From NCBI RefSeq assembly GCF_018977255.1, contig NW_024704745.1:12152001-12216000 (forward strand): 64,000 nt of DNA, read 5' to 3'. Position numbers and translations under genes: made by a program. Origin of the DNA: Callorhinchus milii (lineage: Eukaryota). Below, in pieces: positions 12,656 to 23,557 of this stretch; within the stretch, counting starts at the first letter, position 1; every line of letters starts with the position of its first letter. The notes below the pieces were generated by a model. That model was not told the DNA's origin and did no database searches. It saw nothing but the letters and a program-made list of their open reading frames with translations.

Positions 12656-13274
12656 TATAACTTAGTGCTTTTTCCTCTTCGGATTTGATGCCCAGGATCT
12701 TTATAGTGTAAACTCTTTGCATTTGCTCTTTCGCTTCAATTTCTGCTTTTGCCGCTGGTGCTCACTGGTATATCTGAGGTTGTAAGCTGGGAGGTACAAC
12801 AGATATAAATCAGTTGCACAGTTCTGGCTGCTGTTTTGGTGGATGTGTCAATGAACGGATCGATTGGAAAATTCAGATCCAAGTTAAGTGTGCCATCATC
12901 ATATATGATGGAAGAAAGAGCAATAATTGTGTATGTGCTTCTTTACTCCTGCCTCCATTAAACCAGCAATTATTTCCAACAACTCTTTTCAGTTGCTCTT
13001 CTCTATGTAACGTAACCACCACAAAGAAAAAGAGATCACTAACGAAGCAAGCCCAGCTTGTTCTTAATCCACACATCCTCTCTTGTGAAGCTCTTTAGAA
13101 CTGAGCCAGCGAGGAAAGAGAAATACTTGGGTAGCAGTCACTCTGTCTTCTCCCCTAAGTGCCACTCGTGGCTGAAGCCCAAATCCATTTGCTCCATTGT
13201 ACCAAGGTAGCATGCCCTGCCTGCTCCTTATTGACTGTTATAATCTAGAGCTGCTCTTCATTGCTGCCATTTAT

Positions 13275-13697
13275 ATATAATAATAATAATTCTTACATTT
13301 GATATAGCACATTAATAGGTCATCAAATCATCTCCAAGTGTCTCACAGCACATTTTGTATGTGTTTTGGGTATGAATGTGGCTGCCAATTTACACACAGC
13401 AATGTCCCACAAATAACCATTGTGAGAGTGAGTGACCAATTTTATTTGGAGTATTGTTGGTCAGGACACTGGGAGAAACTTCCATCTCTTTTCGAATATT
13501 GTAGTGGATCTTTACTGGTAGACCACACCTTGATTTAATGACTCATCCAAAGACGGCACCTCCGACAATGCTGCACACCCCCCAGTCCTGTATTACAGGG
13601 TCAGCATAGATTATACGCCGTATAAGCCCCCAAGTGGGGATCAAACCCACAATCTTCTGACTCAGAGGCAAGAGTACTACCACTGAGTCAGCCTGAC
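13275..13697 (-). mobile_element. Deu-domain SINE (SacSINE1-like), near full length
   Basis: Tail attcttacatttgatatagc, core gctgccaatttacacacagc, head cttctgactcagaggcaagagtactaccactgagtcagcc. Confidence 0.7.
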
Positions 13698-14270
13698 ACT
13701 GTTTATACAGAATGTGGCTTCGCACAGTTCTGTAACATAACCCAAAATCTTATCATTCCTGCCTGCAGGAAACACGTTTGCTGAGCCTTTCCACACACAG
13801 TGAAAACACAGCACACAGCTATTTTCCCACAGATATCGTACCAGCGGGATCCAGTTAATCATTAAATGGTTAGTGACACTGCAGTAGGACCACTTACGTA
13901 TCCAGAAAAAAAATCACTTGTACAGCAACAAATATACAGACATATGAAATTTACATATGCTGACCCTTTACCCCCACAGTCACTTAATAAGTAAGTGTTT
14001 CAATTGAGCTGTTTAACAGTTGACAGATAATCATTTACAAAGGTTGTGATGAAGAGTCATTAACATGTTCCTCAAATACAAATTTATCTGTTCGAACTGG
14101 AAGCCTTGAATGCAAATCATAATCGTTATTATAATACATTCAACAGAGCAGTATTTCATGGAAATGAACAGGGGATTGTTGATTGAGGTTTACGAAACTG
14201 CACACTTTATACAAAGAGACTAACTCATACTGGTGATAGCACCCTGCTTAGTCAGGTATTCACCAACACC

Positions 14271-14410
14271 AAACAAAAGGCAAAATACTGCAGAGGCTGA
14301 AAATCTGAAATAACAACAGAAGTCGCCGGGAACACTCAGCAGGTCAGGCAGCATCTATGGAGAGAGGAAAGTGAGTTAACATTTCAGATGGATTGCCGTT
14401 TGTCAAAACT
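14271..14410 (-). mobile_element. Single terminal arm of the Penelope-like family (hammerhead core decayed)
   Basis: aaaatactgcagaggctgaaaatctgaaataacaacagaagtcgccgggaacactcagcaggtcaggcagcatct..., homologous to the arms at 4337 and 10709. Confidence 0.75.
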
Positions 14411-14590
14411 AACACCCTGCTCAGTCAGTCAACCATTCATTAGCACACTGCTCAGTCAACCATTCACCAGCACACTGCTCAGTCAGTCAACCATTCACTA
14501 GCACACTGCTCAGTCAGTCAACCTTCACTAGCACATTGCTCAGTTATTCAAGCATTCACTAGCATACTGCTCAGCCAGTCATTCACTGCA
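14411..14590. repeat. Minisatellite, ~30-bp unit CACACTGCTCAGTCAGTCAACCATTCACTAG, about 6 copies
   Basis: Directly visible tandem units, degrading toward the 3' end. Confidence 0.85.
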
Positions 14591-14609
14591 CTTATTCTCA
14601 GCATCTGTG

Positions 14610-14915
14610 GTGTGGGGAGGATGGAAAAATATTACCAAGGGAGCTTCCTGCTCCTGATCGCTATGGTGTATCCACTGCTGGAAAGTACACATGTGGATGT
14701 CAAACCTAGATCAGCTTCAGCTGTGATGTTCGTCCGCCCTCTGCTCTCATTCAGCACTGCTGTTGCATAGCCCTCAATGTCTGATCTCACACATGGTGAT
14801 TGCTCAATGTCTAGTCTCACACAGGGTGCATACCCACTTGGATGGGAGGGTGGAGATATCAAGAGATACTATGCTGTGAGCCAGTGGCTTCAGAAGTAGA
14901 GGGGAGAAAATTGGA
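14610..14915 (+). mobile_element. LF-SINE-like (3' two-thirds)
   Basis: cttcctgctcctgatcgctat, ctgctggaaagt, gtctagtctcacaca and terminal agaggggagaaaattgg are recalled LF-SINE motifs. Confidence 0.7.
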
Positions 14916-15854
14916 AAAAGTAATAAACCCATTGCTTAAAAACATCTTGCTGCCATAGCCATTTAAATTATCAAACCAATATGAAAAGTGGGAAGCATGG
15001 AAATTGTTTGAACAAAAGGAAGCCATTGTACATTAGTTATGAAGTAATATCCTTTTGTTCCTCTTTGTGTGTTCCAGTTGATTTTATTTGAATATTTTGG
15101 ATTACATTATGTTGTGTGCTGCTGATATCATCAAGGGAATTGGCTGGGAGGAGTCACTGAGCCTTAGGATTCAATTAACATGTCTCCCGATAAATTGTTT
15201 AGTCCGAGATGCTCGAGCAATCCTGTTTATTCAGACCAACCTCAGCAACTCCTCTCAGCGGCTCAGAAATGGTCTCATATATGTTCCTGTTTGGCGGAAC
15301 TATTAAAACATAATTGTGGATTTGCATGAATACATGCAGTTTTTATTCTGCTGGTGGGAGGTGTGGGAGGAGAAAAGAGATGAAGGGAGCGAGAGCAATA
15401 GTAATACTTCATGGGAGAACAATATTAATATTCCCTGTGTAGTTTTAAATTACATACAAAAATCTTAAAATGAATAATTTGATGGTGTCAATCCACAACT
15501 GTTTGTGGGATACCGCTATGTGCAATTGGCTGCCGCGTTTCACCCACAAAATATACAGTCAATTCACTTTGCAGTATATTCTGGGAAGCGCTTTGAGACG
15601 TCTTGAACACATGATATCAAATGCAAGGATTATTATCAAACATTTTCACCATTATTTTAGTTTCAAAGGAAGTACAGAAATAAAGAAGCAACAACAGGCA
15701 TTTTTTTTAGCTCCCTCCATGCTGGATAGCTTCTAGGAGCGCTGCACAGGGGCGGGCTTGCCCACCGGAGAAGACAGGGGAGAGCAATGTGGTTTATGCT
15801 TTTATTTTAAAGCTGCCAATTCCTCCCCCTTGCAGATCAACTGCTAGGCTGTAC

Positions 15855-16025
15855 TGGGACAGCTGAACTCAGCTAGGGTAACATCGGGAGGAGCACTGCA
15901 GTTGGCCTAAATTCTCCAGATTAGTGAAAGGAAAATGAGCATTCTGTTCTGATCTATACCCAGTGACTGTGCCACTGCTGTGCGCGTGTGGATATCATGT
16001 GAGGACACGATCGATTAGGCTCAAA
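15855..16025 (+). mobile_element. LF-SINE-like fragment
   Basis: gctgaactcagctaggg...cagttggcct...cccagtgac...gcgcgtgtggatatcatgtgaggacacgatc. Confidence 0.55.
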
Positions 16026-16561
16026 TCCCAGACAAAATGTCGACAATCACTGTTAGGGCTTGCTTATGGGAAAAAAAGGTTCCTCTTCAATGAGGGAGAC
16101 CAGCATCTGTACAGAGCTATCCCCAGCATAAGGAAACAAGTTAAATGTCTTCAAGAGAATGAGTGGTGGGGAAAAAAAAGTCAAGAAAAAAAAATTGGCA
16201 ACAAGTTCTTTATATATCCTACATTGACCCACTTAAAGGAAGAAAGTCTGAATAGTTTCTCATGATATTCTGGTGCTTATCCAGCAGCACTAAATTGTTA
16301 AATGTTCAATTACAAAAAGAAATTGGAAAGCTCACTCAAGCTATCTTGTTTGCAACTGCTACAAATGATTTTGTTCGTTGATCAGTGCCTCCTTGCTAAT
16401 GGCTCATAGCGCTCAGGGATCCTATCCGCATGAAAGGTGCTAAGTAAATCCAAGTTGTTGTCAGAGACAGACTCTGCTTTGATAAGAAAATCCTTTTGCT
16501 GGTTGAGTTTGCTGTTAAATGAAATTGAAATCTCGCGTATATTTTTCCCTTGTGTCCACAG

Positions 16562-16972
16562 AAAACAATTTGCAAATCCTGAAAACTGAGCAGAACATAT
16601 CCATGCCGGAAGACAGCTGGATTCAGCTGGATTGTAACATCAGCAACCGCACCAGCTTGGACTCCCAGCTCTCTGTGACCTGGTATGTCTGGAGGATGCT
16701 GGAGCCTGAGAGGCAGCGCATTTTCAGACTGAATCGGAATTCTGTCTTCGAGTACGGAGGCTCAGCCGACAACGCTGTGAGACTGAAGGACAGGCTGCAG
16801 TTCGAAAGGTCCTCCACTGGTCTGTACAGTTTAGGGCTACAGAGAGCAACCACTGGCGACAGCGGAGGTTACTACTGCCATGTGGAGGAGTGGCTACTTG
16901 ACCCCCAAAACATCTGGTACAAAGTGGGAGAGGATCAGTCTGGAATGACTGCTGTCACTGTACAACAGCCAG
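16562..16972 (+). CDS. IGSF3: IGSF3 coding exon, V-type Ig domain (domain 7)
   Basis: Acceptor tttttcccttgtgtccacag|AA, donor CCAG|gtactg; 411 nt, phase 1-1. QLDCNISNRTSLDSQLSVTWYVW...GDSGGYYCHVEEWLLDP matches IGSF3 domain 7 NRTSITSQLMVEWFVW (recalled). Confidence 0.93.
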
Positions 16973-18339
16973 GTACTGTATGAGTCTTAATCCCCCCACT
17001 TTAGGATAAGATTTAATGAGTTGTTTTCGAAAGCTATCGCACTGACAGGCATCAGGAACACATTACCAGTAATGTGTAGTTCAGGGCTTGCCTTCATATC
17101 CCATGTGGCCCCTTACTAATGGCCAGTGGCTGAGTGCTTTGGTGGATTAAGAATGGTCGCTGTTTGATAAGGCGGAACCAGAATTCTAATGGATTTCTGA
17201 TCAGCACAATGCGATTCGCCTCCACACCGGAAACAAATTATAGCAGGTTTCAGATCATGCCGCTGTTTACGAATTTAGTGCTGCAATCACACCAGGGAAA
17301 TCACAAATACACAGGGTCAGATTACTGAATCTGAAATCGACAATCTTAAACTGCCCACTAAACTCCCAACAAAACAACACATCATATGCAGGAATGTAAC
17401 GATCCTCCCTCTAGGATGGAACCTGCTTTGTGCCCTGAAAAATTACAGTGGCACATCACATTGTCCAGGATTGCATTGTGGATGTCGCTTACTTTGCTTA
17501 CTAGCATGTGTGTGTTTTTGCCTTCCCCATCTTCTCCACTCCCTCCTCTCCTCCTTCCCCCAAGTGAGTTGGAGCAGGCTTGTCAGTAGGTAGGTTTATG
17601 AGTGGGCAGCTGGGTGAACTCGATTACACGCACCGAGTGCTCCATTTACTATCAAACTCTGAAAGACACCATGCTCAAAAATGCAGATACACATGATACC
17701 AATGCACAGCAGCAATCCACAGAGGAAACCAGAGCAGTATTGTTATGCACAATCCCAATGCTGACAATCCTACCTGACTGAAGCAAAGGTGTAAATTGGC
17801 ACTGGTTTGAGACCCACTATCCTGTAGGATGGTGGGTCTCAAAACAGTGTTAATTCAATGCATCCCACAGAAGTCAGATAGTGGTCTCGTCATTAAATTT
17901 CCCAAGTGCAGTCATCTCCCTCCACTGCCCTGGCCTTGTTTCTCCAACAACATTTGCACACTATTTCTTTGTTATCTGCTTTGTTTCATTTCAGTTGAAA
18001 CATGATTTTTTGGGGGTGTATTAATGAACAAGTGCACAAAATAAAGTTTAACTGATCCTCCAGCAAGATATTCGCAACGTGATACTCAAAGTTTCTGACT
18101 AAAACTGCAACAAGTTAATTGCGGTCTTGACACTGGCCCATTCAGTTGCCTACTCTACCTCTCCAGCCTCTGCACGCATGTTGTGCCTCACACAATGGGA
18201 TATGTTACAACTGTGGACATGCACTGCTATGAGCCAGCTGCCTTCAGCCCATTCGCATTACACCATTAGTGGATTATTTCCTCCTGTTTATTTAGAAGGG
18301 GGGAATTGGGAAGCGAGAAGAGAGATCAATGGTTAAGTG

Positions 18340-18525
18340 AGTGGATTCAGTGAGTAGTTGAGCCATGTAGAAGGTCTGAGATTTGATCCCCTTGTCTTTT
18401 GCTGGGTCAGTATAATTAACCTTGATGACCCTTGGATTAGGGAGGGGGAAAATCAACCAGAGTTCCTGATCGCTTTTCATCTCACCCATCCCGATCCCCC
18501 CCCAGTTCGCTTGCTGGAAACATGA
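18340..18525 (+). mobile_element. LF-SINE-like fragment
   Basis: gagccatgtagaaggtc...tagggagggggaaaatcaaccagagttcctgatcgct...tgctggaaa. Confidence 0.62.
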
Positions 18526-20234
18526 CTACATTTGGATGGCCAGTAAAGCTAGTTTTAACCTCAACTACACTGCCTCCCATAATAAAATAGCTTGAAGCTC
18601 TACACAAGGGTGGTTAGCAACCATAAAACTGTTAAGCAGTACCAGGGGAAAGAGAGAGAGTCAAACACATTCAGGAAAGGGAAGGGCAATCGTTGATGAA
18701 ACAATTATATTCTCATTCTTGGAATGTGGGCAATGCTGGCAGGATCAGCATTTATTATTATTATTGCTCATCCCTGGTTGCCCTGGTAAGGTGGTGGTGG
18801 GGCTTTCTCTTTAAAACCACTGCAGTCCTTGTGGTAATGTTGCTCCCATGTTGGTGTGAGGTAGTGAGTTCAGGATTTTGTCCCAGTGACAATGAAGGAT
18901 CAGCGACATAGTGTAATGTCCCAGTCATACGCTGTGTTTGGTGAAACAAAATACATAGAGGGAAGTTTCTGCTCCAAATCTCAGCATCAGGTTCAAGCAA
19001 GTTATGAGATCAGTGTTACAAATTTAATAATTTTGTAATCGACTGATGTGAAATGCTCGTAATTGGACAAAGATGAAAAAACGCTGAGGAAAACTAATGA
19101 TACGGTTGAAGTTAGCTGAAGGCAAATCTCTTCAAATCTCATTAGCACCATTGGTGTTAATGTTGACCTAATCAAAGTGTGAATTCTTAAAAAGGAAATT
19201 TTAATTGGAATACTGGCAGGCCCCCTTTTTACTGCTGATTAAAGTGGTGTCAATTATTGCCACCTGTGGGCTGGAGAGAAGTGAGATGTGGCCAAGTGCG
19301 GTGGTGATAGAAACCATCCCAGCTTCTTATGATTCAATCATGTGTATAGAGGAATTGGTCAGAAATGTCCTCCAAGAAATGTTCAGTGACTTTAGGGGAA
19401 TAATTACGACTTTGTTGATAAGACGTGGTCAATTGGCCAGTTGATACCTTAACATTGATTTCTGCGGGGGGAAGGGTGTTCCTCCTCTGTTCATAACTCC
19501 CCCCCCCCCCCCCACATACACAAACAAAACTCTCTGTGGAGTTTTTTTGCTGCAGTTTGGAGTGCTTGTTTGTGCAGGATATTAACTGGACTCGATTTGT
19601 TTTTAAGAGCAGATTGTCCACACAAACTGGCACTCCGATTGATGGACCAGCAAGTCCAATGGTGGGCATAGCCAGCTTTGGGCCAACAATTGTGAGGGGG
19701 TGGGATTCATGTCTTCCATTATCGACTGAGACCCATCGATCGCATGGTGATTATAAACATATCACAGCTCTCGGTTTTCACCCAAAACTGGCAAGGCTAT
19801 GATATAATGAGATCTGCTGTATTCTACAATGGCCGTACTATACGGAATCTGAGATGAGAAAGGGCAGGGGTCACCCCAGCGTGAAATTTCTGACGTAAAC
19901 TCCTTATCACAGACAGCATTGCAGTGGGATAAAATAGTCGGTTCCCCAGCTGTGCCTGTGATGACATTGGTTTAATGTAATCGTACACCTGGTGAGAGAA
20001 CCGCAATTTGTACTGCACGTCTCCAGGCAACTGGTATTGCTACTGTGGTGACTTGATGTCACCTCATTACAGCTCTTGGGTTGCTAGATTTAAATGGCTC
20101 AAACTCTTGGTAAAGTTTTTTAAGAAAAAATATCACCTTTGATCTGATTAACTCTCCTCATTTCCTGCAGATCTCCGCTCTTTGTTGGATGGGTAACAGC
20201 TCCGCAGGCACCAGGCACTCCTAACCTTAGTCAT

Positions 20235-20284
20235 GGCAAGCGAGAGGACCTGCGTTCAATTCCTGGGCAGGAAGTTAACCTGGG

Positions 20285-20319
<35 letters not shown>

Positions 20320-20595
20320 GGAAGCGAGATGACCCGGGTTAAACCTAGCAGTAAATAGGAACCCAGTTATTAGCCGATTGGCGGATCGCTTTCCGGGGGT
20401 AATAATCCCTCAAAACAAACATGGTCACTCAATCCATAACGGTTTGTGGGTCACTGCTGGACGCAATTTGACTGTCATGTTTCACCCATAAAATAGACGG
20501 TCAATCCATTTTACAGTATATTCTGTGAAGCACTTTGAGGCGTCTCAACGACACGATAAGGCGCAATATCAAATGCAAGAATTATTATTATTATT
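20235..20595 (+). mobile_element. tRNA-Ala-derived SINE with internal (CT)n insertion
   Basis: gcaagcgagaggacctgcgttcaattcc head remnant, Deu core, L2-like tail ending (tta)n. Confidence 0.75.
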
Positions 20596-20974
20596 CGCAA
20601 GTGTGCCCAGAGAGTGAAAGGTGATAGTTGGGAGAGGAAGGAACAACTGAGGGAACAACAATAGGTGCACTTCCCAGAAAGGTCACTGACTAGGGTTGAG
20701 GAGCGGGAGCCCTTGCTACCTAATCTCATGGGTATAATAAACAGTACCTCCAACCTCCGACCCAACCCTCATCGATTTTCCTTGCAGATAAAGAATAGCC
20801 ACTTGAGCAAGACAGCAAAGACATTCAGCTTTTACGAAACAGTACTCTGACCATGAGTTAGCACCTTCAGGAAAGGAGGAGACATTAAAAGAGGGGAAAG
20901 AACCTGCAGATTTATGAAATTTTGATTGTTAAAAACCTTTTCTCCCATTTTGTTTCCTGTCACCCTCACAAAAG

Positions 20975-21397
20975 AATTCAAGATGCAGGTGGATAAAACT
21001 GAATTGAATATCACAGTATCGAACAAGGGCAACTTTCAGCTCAACTGCAACGTGACATTCCGAACACGAGGGGATTCACGATTTGCTGTGTCCTGGCTGG
21101 CGTGGAAATCCAAAGGGGCCGTTGACAGGATGGTGAAGGAAACTATTTTAAAAATCGATCAAAATTCGGTCTTCGAGTACGGCAGCTCACGCAGTGGAGC
21201 TGAAGGGATGAAGGACAGACTGAAGCTAGAGAGACCCTCCAGTGGATTGTACAGCTTGACAGTGAGAAACGCCGACACCAGCGATAGTGGGAGCTACTAC
21301 TGTCATGTGGAGGAGTGGATTCAAAATGCCAACAATGCCTGGTATAAACTAGGGGAAGGGGAGTCTGGACTGCTTATCATCACCATACAAAACGCAG
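20975..21397 (+). CDS. IGSF3: IGSF3 coding exon, membrane-proximal V-type Ig domain (domain 8)
   Basis: Acceptor cctgtcaccctcacaaaag|AA, donor GCAG|gtaact; 423 nt, phase 1-1. FQLNCNVTFRTRGDSRFAVSW...SDSGSYYCHVEEWIQ. Confidence 0.9.
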
Positions 21398-22289
21398 GTA
21401 ACTTGTTCCCTTCATAATCATATAATGACCATAGTGTTATAAATTCTACGTGAGCAGTAGAAAGTAACTACCTGACAGGTGTATGTTTATTCCATAAATC
21501 AGAAGTGGTTTTGGAAAAGCTGTATTTATTGGTTAGTATTAATGCAAAAAAATATAAACGGTATAATCGTAGTGTCAAGTTTTGAGAGGAGTACAGCACC
21601 ACAGTGGACACTTCCTCTTAGAAACAGAAAGGAATCTGAGGGACGGTCACCCTTGACCGCCCCCATGTGTTTGTTTCAGAATAGCATTTTTGGTCGACTG
21701 CTTAATTTAAAGTGTAGCGTAATAACTGGGTTTCTGACACTAGGTTGGAATTTGTGCAATGAAATTTGTCTGTATGTCATTTAGAGAAAAAAGTATTTTT
21801 ATCCTATCTGTGAACTGAATTTCCCAGGCCTGGAGGGGATACCAATTGAGCTTTGGAATTTTGATGGGGAGCCCAATTAAATGCAAGGATTCTCAATAGT
21901 GGTTGCATTTGGTATAGTCCCTTATCGCATTGTTGAGATGACTCAAAGTGCTTCACATGATGTACTGTGAAGTGCAGTGACTACTCATTTTGTACCAGAC
22001 CACAGTAGCCAATTTGCACACAGCAATGTTCCACAACTTGCCATGAAGTGAAGAATTAGTTTTATGAGGGGATTATTGTCCAGGACACTGGCATGGACTA
22101 GTTGGACCAAATTAACTGTTTCCATGCTATAGAATCAATGTGAGTGGTACAAAGTACCTAAGGCCAGATGTATTATTATTATTGTTATGTATATTTATTC
22201 CATAAGTCAGAAATGGTTTTGGAAAAGATGTATTTATTGGTTAGTATTAATGCAGAAATAAAATAAACGATACAAACCCTGGAAAGGAG

Positions 22290-22500
22290 AGTAGCATCAA
22301 GACATCCCATGTGTAAAAGGCTTGAGCTATGAGGAAAGACTGGAAAAACTTGATCTCTACAGCTTAGAGAGAACAAGGGAAGATCTTATTAAAGTAAATA
22401 AATTAAAAAACACTAAACCCAGAATATGAAACCAAAAGAGCAGGAGAAGCGGACACATTTATAAGAGCAGAATAATGATTCAAAATATTAGGGAAGGAGG
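22290..22500 (+). mobile_element. CR1 LINE ORF2 C-terminal fragment
   Basis: agctatgaggaaagactggaaaaacttgatctctacagcttagagaga = YEERLEKLDLYSLER; gaagatcttattaaagta. Confidence 0.65.
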
Positions 22501-22574
22501 GGAAATCTCTTCCCCTCCTTCACGAATCCTGTCTTCGTACAGCATTCCAAGATATTACCCTATGTGAAGTGCAC

Positions 22575-23020
22575 TCTAGGCTCCGTGACCCTATCACCCC
22601 CAGCCTTGCCGATCTCCACTGGCTTCCCATCACACAGAGAATACAGTTCAAGATCCTCACCTTCAAAGCCCTCCACTGTTCTTGCTCCCCTCTACCTCTC
22701 CGACCTCCTAACTCCTTACCATCCTGTTCGCTTCATCTGCTCAGTGGGCTCCGCCTTACTCGCCCCACTAATGGTGGGCGGGCCTTCCACCACTCTGCAC
22801 CCACCCTCTGGAATTCCATCCCATAGTCCCTCCGTCTCGCCCCCTCCCTTGCCACCTTCAAGACCCATCTCAAGACCCTCCTCTTCGACCGTGCTTTTGC
22901 TCTCCCAGCTTCCCTCCCTGCCCTTCACCCTCCCCAACCCTCAGCTCGGGTCCGTAACTCTGTCTGTCCAGTTCCTTGGGATGTCCTCCCGACATGAAAG
23001 GCACTATACAAATATAATTT
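22575..23020 (+). mobile_element. L2 LINE 3' end (ORF2 C-terminus and tail)
   Basis: ITPSLADLHWLPITQRIQFKIL...GGRAFHHSAPTLWNSIP; tail gggatgtcctcccgacatgaaaggcactat...(ttg)n. Confidence 0.85.
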
Positions 23021-23306
23021 TGTTGTTGTATAATTCCATGTTTTTGTAGTTGACTTGTATCCCAATATTCAGTGATATTTAGCTTAGTGTGCAACTTTGA
23101 AGGAATTAGTGTCTCTTTACACCAACACTCCTCCACTGCCAGGTTATTTACTTCATTCAGGAAGCCAGAATGGTCTGGGCCCAATGGCTGTCACTCAATT
23201 TTCATTTTGATGAAAACATAAGCACCAACCAAAAGGATGAGGAGTTTAAAATAATAAATAAGCATTTCGAAATAAATTAACGACCCTTCGCTATTCTTCC
23301 TTCCAG

Positions 23307-23557
23307 GTTCTTCTTTGCAAGAGGCAATTTGTTCAAACGACGCCCTTTTCTACTTCATATTTTTCTACCCATTCCCGATTTTTGGAATTCTTCTCATCGC
23401 CATTTTGCTGACACGGTACAAAACCATGAATGCGCAGAAGAAATCTGATGGTAAAAACGGCGTCCCCTTGCTCTGGATAAAGGAGCCAGCAGTGACTTAC
23501 TCTCCAACCAGCCTCGAGCCACCGGATTTCAGAATAGGACCAGGAGGACTTGCTTAG
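23307..23557 (+). CDS. IGSF3: IGSF3 last coding exon: transmembrane helix and cytoplasmic tail, stop TAG
   Basis: Acceptor ctattcttccttccag|GT. GSSLQEAICSNDALFYFIFFYPFPIFGILLIAILLTRYK...SDGKNGVPLLWIKEP..YSPTSLEPP is nearly identical to the IGSF3 C-terminus (ICSNDALFYFVFFYPFPIFGILII...DGKNGVPLLWIKEP, recalled). Confidence 0.95.

Noticed and set aside
14411-14590. CRISPR-like repeat array
   Set aside because: Units are contiguous without unique spacers and the context is eukaryotic; it is a minisatellite.
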